A DNA stretch of 64,000 bases from Epiperipatus broadwayi (lineage: Eukaryota; Animalia; Onychophora): contig JAQFVV010000004.1 in the NCBI GenBank assembly GCA_028023455.1, positions 20,212,001-20,276,000 on the forward strand, read 5' to 3'. Numbering within the stretch: position 1 is the stretch's first letter; each line of letters opens with the position of its first letter. The translations under genes were made by a program, and so were the position numbers. Positions 55,637-64,000 of the stretch are shown here, piece after piece. The notes beneath the pieces were generated by a model. The model searched no databases. It saw nothing but the letters and a program-made list of their open reading frames with translations, and was not told the origin of the DNA.

Positions 55637-56035
55637 CAGGGGTCCCCAACCCTATGCCCATGGGCACCATGGCGCCCGCAGACCATTTTACATGTGCCCG
55701 CCACTATCCAAACACGATAAAAAATTATTTATCTGATACAAATAAATTTAATTTTTAAAATTTCTTATTATTGTATTATATTGTAATCAAATTGTAAGGC
55801 ATACTATACTTTTATAGCATAAAAATATAAACATTAATTATATATTAAAATTTTATTTTTGAAATAAATATTTTTTTTGTACATTATGTGTATTATTAAC
55901 AATATACAACTATAAATTTACATTGAAAAAATAAATGGTGCCCGCCCCCCTGGTTGAGAAAATAATAAATGGTGCCCACCAACTGGCCGGTATTATAGAA
56001 TGTGCTCTTAAGTGCAAAAAGGTTGGGGACCCCTG
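55637..56035. mobile_element. hAT (Charlie-like) MITE, 399 bp
   Basis: Perfect TIR CAGGGGTCCCCAACC and exact 8-bp TSD GGTTAAAT. Confidence 0.95.
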
Positions 56036-56656
56036 GGTTAAATCATGTAAATAAAAAATAATCAGTTTCTTTTTCAGAACCATCACGTGTAACTAATATC
56101 TGAGCTAACAGTGTAAATAAATTTTACTAAAGACCAAAATAGCATAAAATTAATGTTCAAAAAATAACATGCAAACTAGCTAAAAATTGTTACTATTGAA
56201 AGAACAGCATAAATATCTAATGACAGTAAAAGCTAGAATAATAAAATCTTTAATCACAGCATATCATAAAAATGTGACTACAGATTAAATACCCTGTGAA
56301 TGTATTTATATATATATATATTTTAAATGAATACATTCATAGTGCTGATAATTAAAAATAAGGAGATGAAAATAACTACATAAATAAAATACGGATACTG
56401 AAAGAAAAAACAGGACAATGTATAATAAGTAACTGATGATGTAACAATTAAAATAAAAACTTTTTAATGTTGCAGAAGAAATGAATTGAAAACTTTTATA
56501 TATATAAAAATAACTTGATGTATACATTGTACATAATTACGAATTTAGAAAAGAGGTAAATTTATATAGCAATTCAATTCTAATATAGATATATATTAAA
56601 ACTATGTACAGAGCTCACAAAACAAACTTTTAGCAAGCTTAGTAGAATACCCCCAA

Positions 56657-56694
56657 CCTCAGACCGGTTTCTGCTACTGGCATCCTCAGTGAGG
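56657..56694 (-). ncRNA. Canonical minimal type I hammerhead ribozyme
   Basis: CCUCA-CUGAGGA-UGC CAGUA GCA-GAAA-CCG-GUC-UGAGG; intact core, perfect stems I and II, palindromic ACCGGU. Confidence 0.9.
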
Positions 56695-56838
56695 TGCTAG
56701 GATATTCAATTATTAGATTAAAAATACTACAACAAGCCCAGTATTTTATCTAATGTATAACTATTAAGTAGAAACACTGAAATTTTCAGACATCCATGTC
56801 TTTCAATCCAGCTATCTAACTTAAATAGCCATGTGGGA

Positions 56839-56872
56839 CTGAGGATGCCAGTAGCAGAAACTGGTCTGAGTT
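56839..56872 (+). ncRNA. Hammerhead core lacking the 5' strand of stem I
   Basis: CUGAGGA-UGC CAGUA GCA-GAAA-CUG-GUC-UGAG; upstream sequence is not complementary. Confidence 0.6.
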
Positions 56873-56904
56873 AGGGATATTCTACTAAGCTTGTTAAGAA
56901 TTTG

Positions 56905-58126
56905 GGTTGTCGTCGAATAGCTACTATATCCCACTCGATGGCGCAGTTTTCACGCTTAAACTATAAAATATGATCATTCCCGGCCCGTTAATTATAATCA
57001 TTTTGATGCGTTTTTTGGGTTCCGTTTTTTGTAATGCGAAAATAAAAACAAAAGAAAATCGTCTTTTTTTAATATTATTTAATTTTAAATATTATTTTTT
57101 ATTAATGTATACAAATTAAATGATAATAATAAATGTAAAATAAAATAAACAAATTACAATTTGATTCGTCTTTTTTAGTTTGCTTTTTATTAGAAAAATC
57201 AATTTTCTATTGGAGATTTTTTTACTGGGGTTACGGCTTTTTTTTTTTGTTGTTGTTTACCGCTATTTTTTATTTCAAATAGAATGACAACTAAAAGTAA
57301 AAGTTGTTATGGTTAGGTTTAGGGTTAGTTTTAGGGTTAGGTTTACAGTTAGTGTTCTGTTGTTTGTAATGCTAAAATAAAAAATATCAAAATCGTATTT
57401 TTGTAAATATTTTCTTTTACTAACATCTATAAAATAAATGATAACAACAAACATAAACTATATTCAACAAAGTATAACAGTAGTCGGAGAAAAGAAATAA
57501 ACTAAAACATTTTTAAACAATGATAAATATATATATAAAATGTTTATAATATATGCTTTTTATGACATTTAAAAAAAACAGTGTACAATTGTACTTTTCT
57601 TACAGGATAGTTTTGTGTTAACGCTCTTTTTTATTTCAAGAATATACACACGGTACAATCTTCTTTGTCTCGTGGAATGTTACGAACAGTACGTTACTTG
57701 ACTCGTTACCTAATTCCAACTCACTTTATACATATATCTCGTCAACATTTACTACTTAAAACTTCAATACACTACGGTGTAAAAAGTCTGTTAATTATTA
57801 CTTTACAAAATCTGAACATTTCAATACTTTAAAATAAAATAAAAAACAATGAAAACAACATTTTCATCCAATTCAAAAAAACACACCCTCTCCCCAAGCC
57901 GTAACCATTTTATAAACTGTGCGAATTCGGAAAATGTATTTGCTGCGTAAGACATACATGCGGTACTGCGATGCGACATAGCGGCCTGGAATCTGTAGCT
58001 CAACAAAAAAGTTGTATTATAGAAAATGCGGGGTTGAACGAGTCGGCTGTGGAAACGGCATTTTTATGTGTTTTAGCGCAAAAATGGTGTCATCCAGTGG
58101 TAATTGGGGGCTCTTCGATGAGTACC
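56905..58126. mobile_element. Non-autonomous Merlin-like DNA transposon, 1222 bp
   Basis: Exact 8-bp TSD AGAATTTG; ~40-bp imperfect TIRs beginning GGT; CpG-rich ends; no transposase seen. Confidence 0.8.
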
Positions 58127-59149
58127 AGAATTTGTTTTGTGAGCTCTATATATAGCATTCATAAACACGAGCTTATTAAATTAAGACATGTGACATCTGA
58201 TTTGATTTTTTTGTAAATATATATTGAACTATGTTAAATTTAAAGTTTATATATATATATAGTAATGAATAAATACTTTCATACCTAACTTTGCTAGAAG
58301 TCACCACTATATAGCAATTTACCTCTTTCCTATAACAAATTGTAATTTAATATAGTAATCTTATGAAAAAATATCAAAGGAAGAAGTTAAATTTACCAGT
58401 AAAGTCACAATTACACACAAATGTTGGGAAGTTATGAATTATAAAATGAAATTCTTCCAACTAATAATAAATCTTGAAGTAAAAAGACAAATTTATGCAG
58501 CATGAATTACTTTTGGATACCTATTAATTTGGCATATCAATATTTTATAATTCAAGTAATAGTCAATAATAAAAGAAACAAAATAATTTATTTAAAAAAT
58601 AAAATAAAAATAATGTTATTGTAATAGCTACCAATATTTAAATTTATTTATCAAAATCAACAAATGCATGTATGATCAACAATGTGAGACATTGCCAAAC
58701 TAAACTGAGGACTATAAGACTACTCAATGGGTAAAATACCTGTTATAAATAAGATTAACTCCCTACTATAATATTCTACGTAACAGCATAGAAACAATAA
58801 CTATTCTTAAAACTTCATAAATATGTACATGCTTAAGAAAATATTTACTATAAAAATGAAGTCATTATAAAAATGAAGCCATAAGAAATTTATAACTGGA
58901 ACTAATCAAATTATTTATCAAACTACACAACAAATAACAATGGGCACTATTCCTTCTAGGTTATTTGGGAACATCAAACTCTCCAAGAATGGGGAGCCAT
59001 TACACCTAATGATTGTTTTGTGGGTGCCTATTATTATAAGGCTGCTGCCATGAGAAATAAATGGCTGTTTGACTGGCTTGGCTTTGATAGATACACCATT
59101 AGATCATTCTTTGAATGTGTTGACCATATTAAGAATGCACAGCTTGACC

Positions 59150-60200
59150 AACACCATCACTCAATATACTGACCTGTATGACTCAATCCCTCATGTGGCA
59201 TCCATTAAAGTCTCCCCCAAAATTGACTTCAATTATTTAACATGAATCCAGGAGGACATTGTTATTGTTTTCAAAAATACAACTATAAAATGGAAAATGA
59301 CTGGCCCATGGAACTTCCCATCAGCAGTTTATATCAAATACCTTCCTCAATATGGACAAAGAAAGAATTATACTTGTGCATCAAGCCTCCCACACTTTGT
59401 TGATCTATCTTTGTTATGTGGATGATATTTTCATCTGCACCCCTGATTCTGTAACCTTCCAAATTCAGCAAGAACTGTCTTACCATACCTTTTTATGCTT
59501 AACTTGAGAAAATAAGGACTGGTTATCAAGCCAAGTCACATACTCCACATTCTCATAAATTTGCTGGGCTTAAGGTCTTCTTGCAATGTAACCAGCACTT
59601 ATTCAAGTATGAATCAGAGAGGAAAGGCAATGTCAGCACCTATCTTTCAGAACTTCATGATGTTGGATACAAGGATTTATTGCTCCAGCAAACTGTCAGG
59701 CATTTTTATAATAAAAATACATTATCCCCTTACTGTGGTTAATACAAAACTTTGAATCTTCATCCCCTGTACACCTCCTATAACCCCTTGCACAACCAAA
59801 ATTGTTAAGTCTACACATCAAATAGCTCTGCACACTGCACCCTCCCTCCATCACCTTCTTAACAATTCTAAGGATGTCTTGCCTTCCATTCTTCATTCCC
59901 AAATCATTTACAAGATCAAATGCAATGATCCTGCCTGTTCTGTCATCTATTATGGTGAATCTCAGGCAAACTTATCTACACACATAGTTCAACATGTCTG
60001 ATACAAACACAGAAACACTATATTTTTTGAACATTTCTCTGCAACTGGCCATTCTTTTGTTCCCACTTCTGTTGATATTGTCTGAACCAAGAACAATAAC
60101 ACAAAGTGAAAGATTAAGAAAGTATGGTATACATCAAGTGACAAGCATGCCATCAATAGGAAGGAATCTTGCATTTCCATTTTTGAAGAAGTGGCCTATT
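59150..60200 (+). mobile_element. Decayed Penelope-like element (RT + GIY-YIG)
   Basis: PMELPIS, CYVDDIF (YVDD 59415-59426) and IIYKIKCNDPACSVIYYGESQANLSTHIVQH near 59903-59995. Confidence 0.85.
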
Positions 60201-61779
60201 TACAATACATAGTATTCATATGTAAATTTATGTAAACTAACACAAATCATCTATATATACACTCACTCTCTCTTTACAGTCATTGCTACATCTATGACTT
60301 GTATTACTTGAAAGCTAACTAAGTCTAGTTGTTTAAAATTAGTTTTTGTTAAAGCTTTTTTCTGTATGTGCATTTATATGCATTTACATTAATCTAAATA
60401 AAGCTCTTATTATCATTACAATATCTCAATTGTTAATACATACAGCACAGGCCAAATCCAACATATATAAAATAAATATTTATTGCCATTTAAACAATCA
60501 TAAATATAAAATTATAAATATCATTAAATAACACAGATTATATATTTCATAATCTGTATTGAAATATATGTCTATAAAATAAAATAAAGTATCATTTATC
60601 ACATCTGTATTATTTTTAAACATTACATTTAAAACGTTTTGAAAATATTAACTTGCATATAGCTTTTATAAATACACATAGTGATCGATACAATATCTAA
60701 GAATTGATGAATTATAAATGATATATTAGCATAAAATTATTTATACAAAAAAAAATTTATTATACATTAATCAAAATATTTAATAAAAATTTATAAATTG
60801 CTTTGTCACTTTAAATTATTTACCAACAGAGAAATTTAATGTTCTTCAAATTTAAAGATATAGCAGACAATCACTTTCTTCATTATGGTGCTTCATTTGA
60901 AATAATAGATAGGCCTAAATGAAGTTATAGAAAATCATGACTTTTGCAGTATTTGATGGTTATAAAGTAATCCTATTTATGGTAAATGGGAATATGAAGA
61001 AGTAGATCACCCATTTGAATTTTGTTTTCCAGATGCTTCAGATGAAAACTATTTATTTACAAATTCATCTTGGGAGTTTAAAATTCAATGTTTTCTTCTA
61101 AATTCAACAGCGCAATAATTCTGTTCACATGATCAAATAGTTTTTTTTTATAAGAAATCCCTTTTGGTTACTTGCCAATGGAACAGTAAATAAATCTATT
61201 GTCTATTTAAAAGAATTTAAAACAAATAATTGTCAGTTGTTACAATTTCTATTTTAAATTCAACAATTGGCTTTCTTTTAAATCATAGTTTAACAAAATA
61301 AACTTTTATAAATTAAGAATGCATAATATTTTTAAATAATAATAATGAAATATCTTAAACTGATTGAGGTCACACTTCTAAATTAATAAAATATATGTTC
61401 TATACATGTACTGCCCAGTGAAATGCTTTTATTTATTAGTTGTTGTTTTTTAAATTATCGTTAATGTGTAAAGCGTGATAATATAAAAGCACTCTGAAAT
61501 ATTTAAAAAATACAGGAATATTTTTTAAGACTTTGACTTATCCAGTGTTTGAGGCCTGATAAATTTTACTTATTGATTTTAATAAGTTATATCTATTATA
61601 TATATATAATTTCCATGACTGAGCTTACATACATGGCTTTTATGTGCATAATATTTTTTATTATATATTCTAGAATGTATAAAAGTTTAAAATAATATAT
61701 TTAATAATAATAATAATTGTAAAAATTAAAATTTTATTATGATTTCTTATTTTAAAATAAAGTTAACTTTATTAAAATA

Positions 61780-61878
61780 GTCAAGCGTTGTTAGCCGAGA
61801 GGTCATCGCAACCACCTTGCAAGCAAGTAGTTGTTTGCAGACTGTTGTGGGTTCGCGTCCCGGCCGATGCTATGTCAT
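61780..61878 (+). mobile_element. tRNA-derived SINE (type II tRNA-like head)
   Basis: AGCGTTG / CGATGCT acceptor-like stem, A box TAGCCGAGAGG, B box GGTTCGCGTCC lacking A58, long variable region; three diverged copies in the window. Confidence 0.8.
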
Positions 61879-62049
61879 ATGGGGAAAAAAAACCTTTATT
61901 AAAATAATGTTGCTATGGGAATCAACTGAAAACTCTTGGATCGTTTGCTTTACACAAAAGGGGCACTTATAAAAGAGAAGTCAAAAAAATTGTAATGATT
62001 GTTTAAGTTGATGATGCAATCTCTGGGGTAAAACTTCAGAATGCCTTAC

Positions 62050-62083
62050 CGTCATCTTTCTAGTGGTATAGCTGACTATGGAA
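62050..62083 (-). CDS. Candidate 34-nt exon on the same strand as the flytrap exon
   Basis: TTTCTTTGTTTACAG acceptor and ACG|GTAAGG donor; one open frame SIVSYTTRKMT. Confidence 0.3.
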
Positions 62084-63369
62084 CTGTAAACAAAGAAATG
62101 CCTTGCTGATCTATTAATTACTATCTAAAGCTGAAAATATGTGACACTTGCTAGATGAAGTTTTGCCCTCTAATGAATTATCAAAAGGGAAATATTATTC
62201 TATGAATTAATTTATAAATCTACATAATTTCAATGCTCTTAATAACAGGAAAAACTACATGAATTAAACTACTATTGAAACAAACTAAGAGAAATTAAGA
62301 TATAATAAAAATGTTTTCAGATATATAAAATAATGATTTAATGGCCACATATGTACATTAACAAAGTAATAAAATATGAGCTCCTAGAAATATCAATAGT
62401 TAATTAGATGAATTTACTATAAACTTTTTCTTGATGAATTATTATAAATCCACAAAAAATTTCCTATCTTGCATGCTCTTCATTACAGTCTTAGAAGTAA
62501 ATACAAATTGTTTATATTATTCTCATTTTGTTGGTAATTAATATTATTGTTACTGTTAATAATGTTGTTGCTTGTTTATTTCTCATCCGAATTCCAAGCA
62601 GATTATTTTATTTTGTCATTTGATCATATATTAATGTGGACGGATAACAATCAAAAAACATGATTGAATTTGCATAAACTTATTTTGTGTGTGTATGTTG
62701 TCTGATTGTTATCTATGACTATATAAATTAATAAATTAAGAATAAAATTTGTAGTCATTTCACTATGTGCACGGTCCCCTATTACATGTTTTTAATTCCC
62801 TTAGTCTAAAAATTGTTCGCGCGAATACTGTGTTTTTTATTACATTTTTTTTTTACTAATTATTATTTGTCAATAGGGCGATTACCATTACATTTGGGGG
62901 CTTGTCCGGGATTATTTCAATAAAAAAAAACCCGGGATTGAACCCAGTTTACTTTTAAAATATTTTTTTCATTAGTTTTTAAAAAAAAAATAAACTAGTC
63001 ATTTGAAATATAGAATATAAAACACTTGATCAGATGAGAAATATGATAATTTAGTTATAAACAAAAAAATAAAAATCAATCAATAAACTCATAAGTGTTT
63101 TTCAACAGCAATGGTGAGAGAAATAGGTTGGTAGAGTTAATAGTATGCAAATAAATATAATAAAGCTTTTAAATTAAAATATATTGTTGTGATAGAAAGG
63201 CTACAAGGTGGAAAGAGGAGTGGGCATTCTAGTTGTCAAATAAAGAAAAGAAGAAAAAATAATTTTTTATATATGCTTGTGTCTGTGTGTGTTTTTAAAA
63301 TTGTTACAGAAAAGTTTGTAGATAATTTTAATATAAATTGTTATATATGATTACCTGAGCTAAAGCAAA

Positions 63370-64000
63370 AATGGAATCGCAGAGAAATGAAACTGAGGCT
63401 CATAATGAGTTTATGAATATGACAATAAACATGTTTGTAAACATTTTTTTTTTTTAAAAAAAAAAAAAAGAGAGAGAGAGAACATGGGGAGCATATTCAC
63501 AGCATTGAATAAAAAAATTAAAAAACAAAGTGAAGATATGAAAGGTCAAATGGAAGATCTTAAAACACAAAATAAGGAGAACATTGGAAGCATATTCATA
63601 GAATTAAAAGGCCAAATGGAAAACCAAAACAAAGGACTTAAAAAGCCATATTGAGAGTGATACAAAAGAAACAAAAACACACAGAGCAACTTAATGAGAA
63701 ATAAATAGATTAGAAAATCATTTTGTAGGATTATAAAGTAAGGTTAATGAAATAAGTTTTGAAGTTCAAAATAATAAAAATATTGTGGTAGCTAAGCAAA
63801 TACAATTTTAGAACCAACACAGATAGATATATCTAAGATACATAAAACAAATAAAGCTAATGATAAATACTGGACTGCATTAGTTTAAAATGTTCAGTGT
63901 ATTGATAGTATAAATAACTTTAGACTTAATACAGAGCCTTGAAGGGTGATGCTTGCATTATAGTTGACTGTGTATCTGAAAGCACACATAGTAAAGCTAA
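63370..64000 (+). mobile_element. Decayed coiled-coil gag-like ORF running off the window
   Basis: E/K/Q-rich frames followed by QSLEGDACIIV, resembling the L-G-A motif of LTR gag proteins. Confidence 0.35.

Larger units (their letters stand above)
56600..58155. repeat. HHR foldback related to 14451-14760, right arm split by a Merlin-type insertion
   Basis: Left arm 56600-56690 pairs with 56838-56904 plus 58135-58155; the loop matches the reverse complement of the 14566-14645 loop. Confidence 0.85.

Noticed and set aside
1167-60531. Most remaining 60-120 aa ORFs in the track
   Set aside because: F/I/L/K/N-rich chance frames typical of AT-rich DNA, or antisense to transposon relics.
8805-61878. 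The three tRNA-like sequences as functional tRNA genes
   Set aside because: T-loop lacks A58, D and anticodon arms pair poorly, and copies are diverged and dispersed; SINE is more likely.

Overview
AT-rich eukaryotic (probably arthropod-like) scaffold sequence, apparently mostly intronic or intergenic and built from nested, decayed transposons. There is a 500-N gap at 50904-51403. The only convincing host coding sequence is one clean 96-nt minus-strand exon (22907-23002) encoding part of a Venus-flytrap domain (Venus kinase receptor / GABA-B-like). Recognisable mobile DNA includes a hAT derivative, a hAT MITE, two Merlin-type elements, two solo LTRs with exact 5-bp TSDs, a truncated LTR element with a possible env-like ORF, RTE, CR1-like and L1/Tx1-like LINE relics, three copies of a tRNA-derived SINE, and several Penelope-like element (PLE) relics. 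The main unexplained pattern is a dozen minimal type I hammerhead ribozyme (HHR) motifs or remnants from several unrelated families. Most sit inside or between inverted repeats (foldbacks of about 0.2-1.2 kb), often one HHR per strand. One family is a ~480-bp terminally redundant, retrozyme-like unit. All folds and alignments were read by eye; nothing was computed or searched.
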